From Eukaryota sp. TZLM1-RC (Eukaryota; Protista; Metamonada: BaSk clade): DNA of 64,000 nucleotides. The stretch lies in the NCBI GenBank assembly GCA_040285825.1, contig JAUPSS010000004.1:868001-932000 (forward strand), read 5' to 3'. Both the position numbers and the translations under genes were made by a program. The notes under the pieces are model-generated. The model ran no database searches, was not told the origin of the DNA, and saw only the letters and a program-made list of their open reading frames with translations. Position 1 is the first letter of the stretch. Each line of letters begins with the position of its first letter. Shown piece after piece: positions 23,175 to 35,394 of this stretch.

Positions 23175-23401
23175 CAGTAGCTAAACGTGACTTTCCCTTT
23201 TTGGAAAGTGATCACGTCATCATAGATTTATTTATTTATATTAACTGTGTTTTATTCTGTTTATGATGAACCGTGCACAAATAGCAACAGTAATTACTGG
23301 TGCCTGTAAGGAATCCGTCTTGCCTCTGAATCATGCTCAGAACTTAGCTAACCTGATTGCTCCCTACTTAAGTCATACATCATTATCTCCATAATTTGAC
23401 A
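23169..23401 (+). repeat. Putative 3' LTR of element 2 (right end uncertain)
   Basis: Starts TGTTAGC after the PPT; shares taaacgtg, gaaagt and atcac blocks with the LTR at 22305; a TGACA at 23397-23401. Confidence 0.45.
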
Positions 23402-24470
23402 CAATTTAAGAGACAGACTTTTTAAAAAAGCATTGTCAACCAATAAGATAGTGGAGATCGAGAACCATTGACAAATTTCAAAATCCAAAAACAAATCAAA
23501 CCAAGAAAATAAACCTAAAAAGATCCAAAAACATGTAAACTATACAGACACATGTAATCATATCTTTCTTGACTGTAATCAACCTCAAACAGTCTAAAAC
23601 TGAATGATTGATGATTGATTGGTCGTTTTGTGTTTATGATTAGAGACTCTAAATAAAGAGAATTACTCTCAAAATTTCAAAAAGACTCTGGCAGAATGAT
23701 AACTAAAAATCATAAAGCAACAAATTCTAAAATATATTGAGTTGATAAGTGCAAATTTTACTTAAAATTGAAAAAAAAATGTTAAAAATGTTCATCAAAA
23801 TATGTAATTATAATTTCATTGATACCAAAAAAAATTAAAAAAATATTTCATGTCATGAAAACTTGCATTTTGTTCGATACAAATCAGAAGCCCAAAATAT
23901 TCAAAAAATTGAACTTCCTGATTTTTGAGTAAAGAACAAATCTAGACTTTGATTAGTAGAACATTGAATTTGGGAAAATTCAGTAACAATATAATGAATA
24001 TAATACTGATTCCCGATCGATCGCCAGCAGATCAGAAAAAATGCCCACAACTGAAATCAAAGAATTGTGAAAACAATGAAATTTCATTAAATTATAAAAT
24101 CCCGATCGATGGGAGCTTTACCCACCATCTATTACCATGGAAAAAACAAAATGTGGCGAATAAGAAAAAGCTGGAGGACTTTGGAAAGCGGAAATGTTAT
24201 GGTGAATTTAGTAAATAAAAGATCCAGTGGAAAGGCAAAGTGGGCGGGTGCGAAGGGTGCGAATGGAAGAGGATGATAGACAACATGATGTACACCTAAT
24301 GAGCAGAGCAAAGATGGCTGACATGGCATGGAATGGTTGCTTTAAGAATGTTGCAGATGCTGAAGGAACACGAAAATATGATGGAGTAGTCGATCACACC
24401 TTAGTCAAAGAAGAAGTTTCGAAGAAAAGTAGCTGAACAGTGAAAATGAATTGAACAAGTTATTCAGAAT

Positions 24471-25177
24471 CAGGGATGACTAAAGTGGTCCAAAAAATGA
24501 AATTAAAGTACTTTATTTACTTTAAGCTTTACTTTAAACTTTAAGCTTTAAGCTCTAAAATTGGCTAAAGTGGTATAAAGTAGTGAACGCTTCTTTCTTT
24601 ACTCTCCACCCCTTTCTCACTTCATTTTTCTTATATATTTTCTTTTGTTAATGACTTCACTCCCTTGTGAGGCTTGGACGAATGTCTGTCAAGTCAACGA
24701 AGTTGTTTCAAAGACTTGTGCGCGCTTTCAATGTCTATTATGCGATGAGGTCTATTCTGTCAACCGATGGGCAATGGAAGGGCATTATGTACCTGACCTA
24801 CTACCTAAAATGAATGGTGCAGATGTCCCCAATGAACCTGATGAGTTGGAAGTAAGTAGCGGGGTGTCATCCGATGAAGATGGAATTGAGATCCATGAGT
24901 AGAAGAGTGTTGGTGCTCATCCACCACATACTTAATTTTTCAATCAGTTTTTGATGAGTTTCTGAATAAATGTTAGGTTTTGTTATCTTATGGTGAATTG
25001 AAAAGTTACCTTACTTGAAGAGGATTCCGTAAATAGAATGTTCTCTATTAAAATGTACAACATGTTTGTCAAACCAAATAATGATGACTCTACTTTATCA
25101 AAAAAAGATTCTTTAAAGTAAAGTAAAGTAAAGTAAAGTAAAGTGCTTAAAGTACTTTACCACTTTAGTTATCCCTG
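24471..25177 (+). mobile_element. Non-autonomous hAT element (707 bp)
   Basis: 19-bp TIR cagggatgactaaagtggt with 1 mismatch; 8-bp TSD ttcagaat at 24463-24470 and 25178-25185; (aaagt)n subterminal repeats; residual BED-like ORF 24645-24902 (W..FQCLLC..H). Confidence 0.95.
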
Positions 25178-25455
25178 TTCAGAATTCTATTGGTTCAAAG
25201 CAGTTCAAATCAAACTCACCGGTCTAAACTCGTCTCGTGTGTCCAACGACTAGGGTTGAACCAATTCATTTCAAGGTCTATTGACTCAACTTCTCATTCA
25301 ACTCAATTCAAAAAGCTCTTGTTAATTCATTAGTTCATTGAGAAGATAATGAAGTGTCCTTATCAAGAACAAATGCGAGCACAAGTCTGTGGATTCTGTT
25401 TGGTGAACATTTCAATAATGTGTCAGGAATTTTGTAAGTCTGTGTACAAAAGTGG

Positions 25456-26352
25456 TTGATGATTTTGAGAGAAAATGCGGCATTTCTAATAAAGGCAACA
25501 AACTATCCCAACACTTACTACTCTTACTTATGGATGCCACAGTTTGCCAAACAGTCTGCCAATGAAAAAGCCAAGGCTTATGATAAACAACGCCGTCTTA
25601 TGCTTCAACGTAATGTTACCTTCAATGACGACTTGAGTAATGCCTCTGCTTCAGATCTACTGTGCTCTTATCTGGACACTCTAGATGACGGAAATAACTT
25701 TGATGATCAGAGTCCGTCCTTACAAGCGTATCTTGAACCTGAAGAAGACCACTACACCGATTACTTCCACGATGAGGACTTTAAATCCGACACAAAATCC
25801 GACGTAAAGTCTCTCATTGAAGACTTTCTATCATCTTCAAGCCATTCTCCCACTCTCCCCCACACTGCTGACGTGGCAGATGATGATGATGATGTTCCCA
25901 TGCCGCGTGTCTCCAACTCATCACTTTTTCCACCAAAGCCAGCACCTTCTCTCAACCAAACGCCTCCTCTTCAGTCCATAATTAGAAGGAAACCTCTCCC
26001 ATCAAGCACCACTATTAAGCCTTTACCAAGTAAAACAATGAATGAACTCCGAAAACCACCCAAACTGAAAAATAATAACCATTCCAAATTCAACTCTAAC
26101 CCTAACTTTAACCCTAACTTTAACTTGGTTCAAATTGATAAATGTGTTCAAACAATTACTTTAGGTTCAATACCGTCACCGGAACCTTTATCTCCATCGA
26201 TTAGTGATGACGTGACATTTGATGACGTGGCATGTGATGACGTCATCGGTACACGTGTCAACAACTCATCGTTGAATTCACCTAGCTGTTCACCATTGAA
26301 TATAGCCATGTTGAGACTTCAAGAACAAATTAAAGGAATGCTAAATGGCTAA
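25456..26352 (+). CDS. Hypothetical Ser/Pro/Asp-rich, largely disordered protein (true start may be MPQFAKQ, ~25532)
   Basis: Intact 298-codon ORF with host-like codon pattern; no recognised domain. Confidence 0.7.
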   Translation: MMILRENAAFLIKATNYPNTYYSYLWMPQFAKQSANEKAKAYDKQRRLMLQRNVTFNDDLSNASASDLLCSYLDTLDDGNNFDDQSPSLQAYLEPEEDHYTDYFHDEDFKSDTKSDVKSLIEDFLSSSSHSPTLPHTADVADDDDDVPMPRVSNSSLFPPKPAPSLNQTPPLQSIIRRKPLPSSTTIKPLPSKTMNELRKPPKLKNNNHSKFNSNPNFNPNFNLVQIDKCVQTITLGSIPSPEPLSPSISDDVTFDDVACDDVIGTRVNNSSLNSPSCSPLNIAMLRLQEQIKGMLNG

Positions 26353-26739
26353 ATTTATTTGGCTCATTTTACTGTGTTTTTTATTTCAATATTCAATATG
26401 CTGTTTTTAAAAGCTAGTGTCTTTATTTTTTAAAAAAATACGACTTTTGTTTTCTTTTTTGAATAATTTTCTTTTGTTTTTATGTATTTTCTATGTATTA
26501 TTCTTGTCCATTTCAATAAATTAGTATCATTGGTTTGTCATCAATCCTTGTGTATTAGATAATTAAAATCTTTAAAAGTACTGTTTGAACTTTTTCAGAA
26601 GGTTTTTTCAAGAAAAACAATCTATTTTCAAGAAAATGTTCCAAGAGGGTTCCGAAGGAAGAACTTCTTTGTAGGGGACTGATATCATTCACTCTAGCAC
26701 TATCGCCTTCAGGATATTGTATCATGATAAAATTTTATA

Positions 26740-27525
26740 AAGTACAAGTTTAGCAAAAAGTACAAGTTTAGCAAAAATGTTGGTACAAGTTTAGCAAAAT
26801 CCGATAATTTACTGTGTTTTGAACGCTTGAAAGTAATAATAATGGAAGGTAAACTGAAAAACATGCTGTAAGTAATTTTTCGACAGATGATGTGAAGTTT
26901 GTGGAATAAAAAAGTGTTTTTTACAATCGAGATTTTACAATGTGGAATGTTTTTCCACATTTTCCATAGAAATGAAAATGGACGGATTTTTTTCAAAAGC
27001 GAAAATAAAAGTGGAAATAGAAACATATTGCCCACACTCAGTTGCAACTGAACATGTCCAAATGACTGATATCGAATCTATTGACGTTGATGTTGATGTA
27101 TCAGATAATGAAGAATCCTTTCAAACTTCATCGGCAACACTAACTGGTTTATATTTATCTGAAGCAACAACTCATTGAGAACTGATCCTACTGAATGGTG
27201 GAAAGTAGACAAAGGTGCTTTTCCAAAATTATTTCCTTTGGCTTTGAGTTTTCTAGCAGGTCCAGCAACAACAGTTCCATGTGAATCATTCTTTTCAGTC
27301 ACTGGTTCCATTCAAACTTTCAAACGTGTCAGAACATCATCAGTTTTACTTGAAAACTTAACAGAGGTGAATGTTTTGACAAACAAACAAATAAAAACCC
27401 TCAAGGCTCTCAAGTGAACAATAGGTAGTCTACTATTGAATTTTAAGACTTAATTAGTTTTTTGTGTTATAAAATGTTATTGAAACGTTTTTTTTGAAAC
27501 CTGCATAAGAAATATTTCAATTAAT
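26740..27525 (+). mobile_element. hAT remnant carrying the hATC dimerisation domain (ends not resolved)
   Basis: DPTEWWK..FPKLFPLALSFLAGPATTVPCESFFS; three gtacaagtttagcaaaa repeats at 26742-26799. Confidence 0.8.
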
Positions 27526-27531
27526 GTATTT

Positions 27532-27969
27532 GATGTTTGCAAAAATTCTGCTGCTCGTTTAGTGTATTCCGCTGATTCGCCGTTATCTAACGCCGAAAAA
27601 AAGAAGATAAAAAAATATGAAGAACCTTTGGCACAGTTAGGTAGAGTGGAACATGTGAAATATCAGTTTGTGCCGTTTGCAATTTCTCTTTTTGGCAATA
27701 TTGGACCTTCAGGCTTGCACTTTTTTGAAAATTTCAAAAAAGTGTTACTGAATAGGTCTGGTAAAACAATGAATTCCACTTTCTGGTTAAATAGAATTGT
27801 TGTTTGCATTTTCAAGTCTATTCCAACAATGATTTCAAAGGCACTTTTAGCTATTGGTGTAGAATATGAACGTACTGCTGTGAGTAGGTTTAGTAATAGT
27901 GACGCTTGTTTGGAGGATATTGAATTCTAGACAGATTTTTTTTCTCAATAAATATTCCAGTTAAAAAAA
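27532..27969 (+). mobile_element. 5'-truncated CRE-like non-LTR retrotransposon, subfamily A (RLE C-terminus, 3'UTR, polyA)
   Basis: Near-identical to the C-terminal part of 53240-54250; ends aataaatattccagtt(a)7. Confidence 0.9.
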
Positions 27970-28177
27970 TAAATGAATAAATAACAAATTACATCAACCA
28001 ATTACTGTAATAGTGTTAATAAAATCAACTGATGAAGATGTGGAATATGGAACACAAAATTGGAATGTATTCAACTTTGCCAAATTTGCAACAATTCTAA
28101 TTTTCTAGGCAAATCATTGGTTTTGCACAACTTTTTGCCTATCAAATATCACAAAGGTATTGATTGATTTTGCACAC

Positions 28178-29194
28178 TTAATTAAATTAACTCATGACTA
28201 ATGGGACGACTATCATTAAACCAAGATTTCCTCTACAAAATCTTGATCTGCTTGCTGTCTAGCTAAAGCTGCTCTTATTCGATTGAAAAACCGCGGTAAT
28301 CTATTAATAATGGCAAATTGAATCCGTGAACGCCATAAAAAAATATCAAATCTTTTCATTGTTTTTTCTTGCACCATTTTTTGGAAGTCATCCAAAAAAG
28401 TTTCTGCTTCAACCGATAATCTTCCATTTATCGAAAATGGGAAAGCAATAAAAACCAGCTGTGTATTTCTATCGACATTTGCATCTTCAATTTCTTTATC
28501 ATATTTTCTATGTTTTTCTTTTGCTTTAAAATCCAGAGCAGCCACAGGATTAAGTTTTCTTCTGTGAACCAAAGTATCGTTTGCAACATTACATGAGACA
28601 AAGTCAACAATAGCTTCAGAATTATCAATCCAATCACAGTATACATCACCTCTATCATCAGAACCAAAATTATTCAGAGAAAGTGTTTCCTTCAGCAGAG
28701 GCTCTTTGATACACTATATCCTTGCAGTTTGTGCCATATTGAAAACAGTGTCTCTAACAGCATCATGTAATGAAGAACGATAAGTTATCAATTTAGTGCA
28801 ATTAAGAGCATGAAGCAAAGTGAGTTTAGGTGAATTCGAACAAATACATTTTTCTTTTGATAATAATTGGTTAATGGGGATGTTCAAATATAATCTCATT
28901 TTTGTTACAAATGCTTCATTAGTGGCACACAATATTCTTTCTGGTACAATGGTTACAAAAAGTGAAGAATCTGACACCTTGTTTTCACAAACACCCTTTT
29001 CCAATAACAATGAGTGAAGATCTTGATTTAAAACAGCCGAGCTGCAAATATTATTATAAAGATCTTTTTCATACATTCCAGTCAATCTTTTCTGTAATGT
29101 TCGAAGAGTGTACTTCAAATTTAAAACATTTTTTTCTGGAATATTGCCATTGAATGATTGGGGAAAACATCGACCCCATTTTTCCACATCAATT
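28178..29194 (-). mobile_element. 5'-truncated CRE-like retrotransposon, subfamily B copy 1
   Basis: CxC..H.LNC..R..HDAVRD zinc knuckle; RGDV..DF..K.KEKHRKY RLE motif; one stop. Confidence 0.88.
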
Positions 29195-30610
29195 CTGGAA
29201 CTTTAGAGATAAAAAATATTTATTGAACATAGACATTTAATTAAATTAATTCATAACTAATGGGACGAATAACATTGAACCAAGATTTCCTCTACAAAAT
29301 CATCATCTGCTTGCTGTCTAGCTAAAGCTTCTCTTATTTGATTGAAGAACTGAGGTAATCTATTAATAATGGAAAATGGAATATGTAAACGCCATAAAAA
29401 AATATCAAGTCTTTTCATTGTTTTTTCTTGTACCATTTTTTGGAAGTCATTCAAAAAAGTTTCTGCTTCATTTGATAATCTTCCATTTATCGAAAATGGG
29501 AAAGCAATAAAAACGAGCTGTGTATTTCTATCAGCATTAGCCGCTTCAATATCTTTATCATATTTTCTATGTTTCTCTTTTGCTTTAAAATCCAGAGCAG
29601 CCACAGGATTATGTTTTCTTCTGTGAACCGAAGTATCATTTGCAACATTACATGAGACAAAGTCAAGAATAGCTTCAGAATTATCAATCCAATCACAGTA
29701 TACATCACCTCTATCATCAGAACCAAAATTATTCAGAGAAAGTGTTTCTTTCAGCAGGGGCTCTTTGATACACGATATCCTTGCAGTTTGTGCCATATTG
29801 AAAACAGTGTCTCTAACAGCATCATGTAATGAAGAACGATAAGTTATCAATTTAGAGCAATTTAGAGCATGGCGCAAAGTGAGTTGAGGTGAATTCGAAC
29901 AAATGCATTTTTCTTTTGATAATAATTAGTTAATGGGGATGTTCAAATATAATCTCATTTTTGTTACAAATGCTTCATCAGTGTCACACAATATTCTTTC
30001 TGGTACAATGGTTACAAAAAGTGAAGAATTTGACGACTTGTTTTCACAAACACCCCTTTCCAATAACAATGAGTGAAGAACTTGATTTAAAACAGCCGAG
30101 CTGCATATATTATTATTGAGATCTTTTTCATACATTCCAGTCAATCGTTTCTGTAATGTTCGAAGAGTGTACTTCAAATTTAAAACATTTTTTTCTGGAA
30201 TATTGCCATTGAATGATTGGGGAAAACATCAACCCCATTTTTCTACATCAATTTTTGAAATTTCTTCATTTAATGCAAAAACAGTGGAACTTTGCGTTGT
30301 CATCAATAAATCTTCCCAATCTGCAAATCTTTCGGAAAACTCAAAGATTGCATTTCTGCATCCACCAACAAAAGCACACGAGGTAAGAATAGAAGCCTTC
30401 GTCCACCCTAAACCACCATAATGTGGACTAAGGTAAGCATGATCTGGAATTTGAAACATTTTACATCCCAGTAATTGAGACAGAACTTTTGCACGTAACT
30501 CATTAAACTTTTGAGCCAAAGGTCTAGTGACGAGAGGATTTGTAGATCGAAATATATGATTAAAATTGGAACTAAAACATAGTCTTATAATGGTAAGTTT
30601 GTTTCAATTT
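29195..30610 (-). mobile_element. 5'-truncated CRE-like retrotransposon, subfamily B copy 2 (head-to-tail with copy 1)
   Basis: RT thumb (HIFRST, GGLGW..AFVGG), zinc knuckle, RLE, 3'UTR with AATAAA. Confidence 0.9.
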
Positions 30611-30656
30611 CTAATTAATAAATTAATTTCTCCATAAATATTCCAGTTAAAAAAAA
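30611..30656 (+). mobile_element. Minimal subfamily-A 3' tail (~45 bp)
   Basis: ataaatattccagtt(a)8 identical to the A 3' end; flanked by tttgtttcaattt on both sides (possible TSD). Confidence 0.55.
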
Positions 30657-31048
30657 TTTTTGTTTCAATTTTAATCGAGATAGATTACTTGTTATCATCT
30701 GCTATATTATCTCTTGCTCGTTTCATGAAAGAAAAACTTATTTCCAGTCAATTCTTTTGCGCTGATTTGGAATATCAAGACACAGAATAATAAGTTTGTT
30801 CTACAATTACTGCATTGAAATTATTACTAGTGTATTGTTGCATTAAGTCCATTTTTAATAAAATTCCGGAATTTTATGACAATCGGGTCTCTTGTCAATC
30901 TCTTTCAATCAACTGATGGGGTTTGAGTAGGTAAAAGCATTAGTTGAGGAAAACTATAGTTCAATTTGGGTCATGATGACGTGTCACCAACTCATTTCGA
31001 AACTTACTATATCCAAAACCATTCTCCCCACAACCACCCCTACACATC

Positions 31049-33691
31049 ATGTCTTCACACTCTAAACACTCCTGTCCTGAAATCGATCCTGTCGATATTG
31101 AACTAGGCGAGAAGATCGGCCAAGGAGGCTCTGCTATTGTCCACTCTGCCAAATGGTTCTGCCTTGCCGTCGCCATCAAGCTCGTCTTTCTCACGGACGA
31201 AGGGAAAGCCAAACTCAAGAAAGAAATCTCTCTCCTCTCCATGTTGAACAGTCCTGCCATCCTCCGTGTCTTCGGAGTAACCTACATTGACGATAAGATC
31301 GGCATAGTAATGGAGCTTGCTACATCTTCTCTCAAGGTTCCCTCTTCTTTAACAAACCAAAATCTCGCCATTGCCAAAGAACTTTGCTGTGCCATGAAGG
31401 TCCTCCATTTGAAAACTGTCATCCACGGTGACCTCAAGCCACAAAACATCTTGCTCGTAAATGGCCAAATTCGACTCGCCGACTTTGGTACTTCAAAAAT
31501 CATTGCTGATCACACTGTCAATTCTTCTTCTCTCACCTTTACCCCTAAATATGCCGCTCTAGAGGTTTTTGACAATAGAATCACTGAAGCTTCTGATATT
31601 TATTCTATTGGGGTAATTTTATATGAATTACTTACTAATAAAGTAGCTTTTGAGGGTTTAAATACTCAATTTTCTCTATTGGGTGCTAAGTATCAGGGAA
31701 AAGAGCTTCCATTTGATCAAGAAGATCCACAAATTTTGAAAAATTTGGTTAATGATTGTATGTCCAGTGATCCCTCAAAAAGACCAAATATTGACCAAAT
31801 AATTCATCAATTAAGTTTATTGGATAATTATGCTGAAGAATTGCCTTTGATAAATGAATTTAATCCCAATTTAAGGCAAAATTGTCTGAATTGTGCTGAA
31901 AAAGACCAAATTATTGAGGATTTAAATCAGACAATTCAAGAATTAACTCAAGAAATTCAAAATTTACACCAGGCTCAATCTAATTTTCATGAATTAAACC
32001 AAGAATTAACACTTCAGAACTCTAATCTTGTCTCTACAAATCAAGAATTAAGCCAAACTCTGGTTGAAAAGGATCAAGAAATCAATAATAGAGATCAATT
32101 AATAAATGATTTGAGAATAGAAATTACCGACTCAAACTCCAAAATTGACGAACTTTTCCAAAAAGAAAATGAATTAAAAGAACAAATTAATTCAATCCAA
32201 ATTTGCCATAATAATATTACAGAAAATCAGAATTTTGGTAATCCTAACCAAATATTAGCTGATGATAGTTCTTCTAATGAGGACCAAGAAGAGATCAATA
32301 GTAGTGATTGTGACCAAAATTTGGAGGGTGGGTTTGAAAATTTAGAAGTTGAGTCAAGTGATGATGATACATCTGAACAAATGTTTGAAAAAGGATTGGA
32401 ATTTTACAATGATAAACACTACCAAGAAGCAGTTTATTGGTGGAGAAGAGGTGATGAAGCTGGTGATGAAGATGCTATGTTTAATTTAGGTGTTTGTTAT
32501 GACCAAGGTCTTGGTGTAGAAAAGGATTACCAACAAGCATTTTATTGGTATAGCAAGGCAGCTGAAGCTGGTAATAGTGTAGCTATGTTTAATTTAGGTG
32601 GTTGTTATAGAGATGGAAAAGGTGTTGGTCATGACCATCAACAAGCCTTTTATTGGTTCAAAAAAGCTGCTGATGCTGGTCATGCTGGAGGTATGAATGA
32701 TTTAGGTTTTTGTTATGAACATGGCCTTGCTGTAGAAAAGGATTACCAACAAGCATTTTATTGGTATAGCAAGGCAGCTGAAGCTGGTAATAGTGTAGCT
32801 ATGTTTGATTTAGGTTGTTGTTATAGAGATGGAAAAGGTGTTGATCAAAACCATCAACAGGCTTTTTATTGGTTCAAAAAAGCTGCTGATGCTGGTCATG
32901 CTGGAGGTATGATTGGATTGGGTGATTGTTATCAACATGGTCTTGGTGTAGAAAAGGATTACCAACAAGCATTTTATTGCTATAGCAAGGCAGCTGAAGC
33001 TGGTAATAGTGTAGCTATGTTTAATTTAGGTTGTTGTTATAGTTCTGGCGAAGGTGTTGATCAAGACCATCAACAAGCTTTTTATTAGTTCAAAAAAGCT
33101 GCTGATGCTGGTGATGAAGATGCTATGTTTGATTTAGGCTGTTGTTATGACCGAGGTCTTGGTGTAGAAAAGGATTATCAACAAGCTTTTCATTGGTATA
33201 ACAAGGCTGCTGATGCTGGTCATGCTGGAGGTATGATTGGATTGGGTGATTGTTATCAACATGGTCTTGGTGTAGAAAAGAATTACCAATAAGCCTTTCA
33301 TTGGTATAGCAAGGCAGCTGAAGCTGGTATTAGTTTTGCTATGCGTAATTTAGGTTGTTGTTATCACCATGGTCTTGGTGTAGAAAAGGATTATCAACAA
33401 GCTTTTCATTGGTATAGCAAGGCAGCTGAAGCCGATGATGAAGAAGCTATGTTTTATATAGGTAATTGGTATGAACACGGTTACGGTGTACCTAAAGACC
33501 TTTACCAAGCTATTAAATGGTACGATAAGGCCAAGAATGCTGGTTTTTCTAAAGCTGCTGAAGGGATAGAAGATTGTAAAAGAAGGCTTGGTCTTCTTGA
33601 TGCTGAAACAAAAGTTAGCTCTTTTGGTCCTTCTTCCACTACTGGCCAAACAAATCCATTTAGTGGAAGTTTACCTACCTCCACCCTTTAA
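31049..33691 (+). pseudogene. TKL kinase + coiled coil + 10 Sel1 repeats (paralogue 3) with two in-frame nonsense codons
   Basis: One frame from 31049 to 33691; TAG at 33086 (Trp position) and TAA at 33290 (Gln position); 216-bp repeat periodicity. Confidence 0.9.
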
Positions 33692-33989
33692 TTTTCCTTT
33701 TATATAGAATAACAAAATAAGATAAATTAATTATAGATTAATTATCCTTTAATTTGTAAAAAAAATTTAATATGTTTGATACTTTTTTTTCTCAACCTTT
33801 GTCCTTTCTTAACCCTTTAAACACTCAATCTACTACATCTTTATTTGGTGGAGGTGCCCAATGCAATACATTCAGCACAAATCCTTTTGCTATCGGACTT
33901 TTGGGTGATGATTTCAGCAACTTTCGACCGCACAAAGGAATCAGTAGAAGTGTTGTAAGAAAGCAAAAGTTTTTCAAAGAAAAAAGTTA

Positions 33990-34962
33990 AAGAAATTGCC
34001 TTCAGTTAATGAATTCAATCCAATTACAAAACAAAATTGTCACATTTGCGCTGAAAAAACCCAAACAATTAAAACCTTGAATCAAAGAAAACAAACTTTT
34101 CGCGAAGCTAACATCGGTATAAAACAGACAAACGAAGAATTTAAATTACGAAATCAAGAATAAACTCAAAAATTATCTCATCTTTGTTCTAGAATCGAAG
34201 AACCCGATTCGTGAATGGGCAGGAGCAACAAATAAATCTGATTTGTAGGGGCTTCACCGCTAAAGAAATGATGCGAAAAGGTTTAACGTCGCACAGGAAA
34301 AAACAATACCTTCAGTCTTTTATTTGGTACCAAGAAGCTGCCGATGGTGGTTACGCTGTTGTATGTATCATTTAGGCATTTATCATGACAATTGTAGCTG
34401 TGTTCACCAGGACTTTTCTCAGGCGGTTTTATGGTTCCAAAAAGCAGCTGAACTGGGACACATGAATTGCTCAACACAGAAATGTTTGAAAAAGGATTGG
34501 AATTTTATAATGATGAACGCTACCAAGAAGCAGTTTTTTGGTGGAGAAGAGGTGCTGATGCTGGTAATGGTTATGCTATGTTTAATTTAGGTTATTATTA
34601 TAAAGCTGGCAAAGGTGTTGATCAAGACCATCAACAAGCTTTTTCATGGTTCAAAAAAGCTGCTGATGCTGGTAATGCTTATGCTATGGTTGAAGTAGGC
34701 CGTTGTTATCGCTATGGTCATGGTGTTGAACAATACTATTCTCAAGCAGCGTTTTTACCAAAAAGCTGCTGAATTGGGTAATGAGTATGGAATGTTTAAT
34801 TTAGGTAATCGTTATGAACACGGTAAAGGTGTACCTCAAGACCTTCACCAAGCTATTGAATGGTACGAAAAGGTCAAGGATGCTGGTTATCCAGGAGCTG
34901 CTAAAAGGGTAGAACGTTGTAAAAGAAAGCTTACCAGAAGTTCAAGAAGTAGAAGATTATAA
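33990..34962 (+). pseudogene. Kinase-less, frameshifted Sel1-repeat paralogue 4
   Basis: LPSVNEFNPITKQNCHICAEK is homologous to the post-kinase linker; SLRs; ends LTRSSRSRRL. Confidence 0.8.
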
Positions 34963-35394
34963 GGTACTGTGGTCTATTCAATAAATAACTTTGTTTATTA
35001 ATGTTTTCTTTTAGTCATAGATGAAGCTTACGTCATGACGTCATAAAAAATCATGAATTTTGTATTTTTTAACCATTTTATTCTACCGAGAAACTAAACA
35101 ACAAAATTAAAATTCTCTCTGCACAACACATATCAGCCAAAAAGAATTGACTAAAAGTTTTTCCTTCCTAAAAACGACCAAGAAATAATAAAGCAGAAGA
35201 CATATAGAGAACAACACCTTTAAAAATTGAAAACACAATTCTGTTCTGCCAAAATTCTTCCTGTACGTTGTTTTACAATTTCAAATAAATTATCCAAAAA
35301 AGATAAAGCAAGTGGTCCAAGCGTTCAATGTAGGGAAAAGGCAAATGGACAAAGGACTCAATGAGTGTAAAATTCAGCATTCGAGGAAACCAAT

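Noticed and set aside
33086-33292. In-frame TAG/TAA suggesting TAR-to-Gln reassignment as in hexamitid diplomonads
   Set aside because: The TAG replaces a conserved Trp (TGG), both codons are single transitions, and intact genes here end in TAA/TAG with no internal TAR codons.
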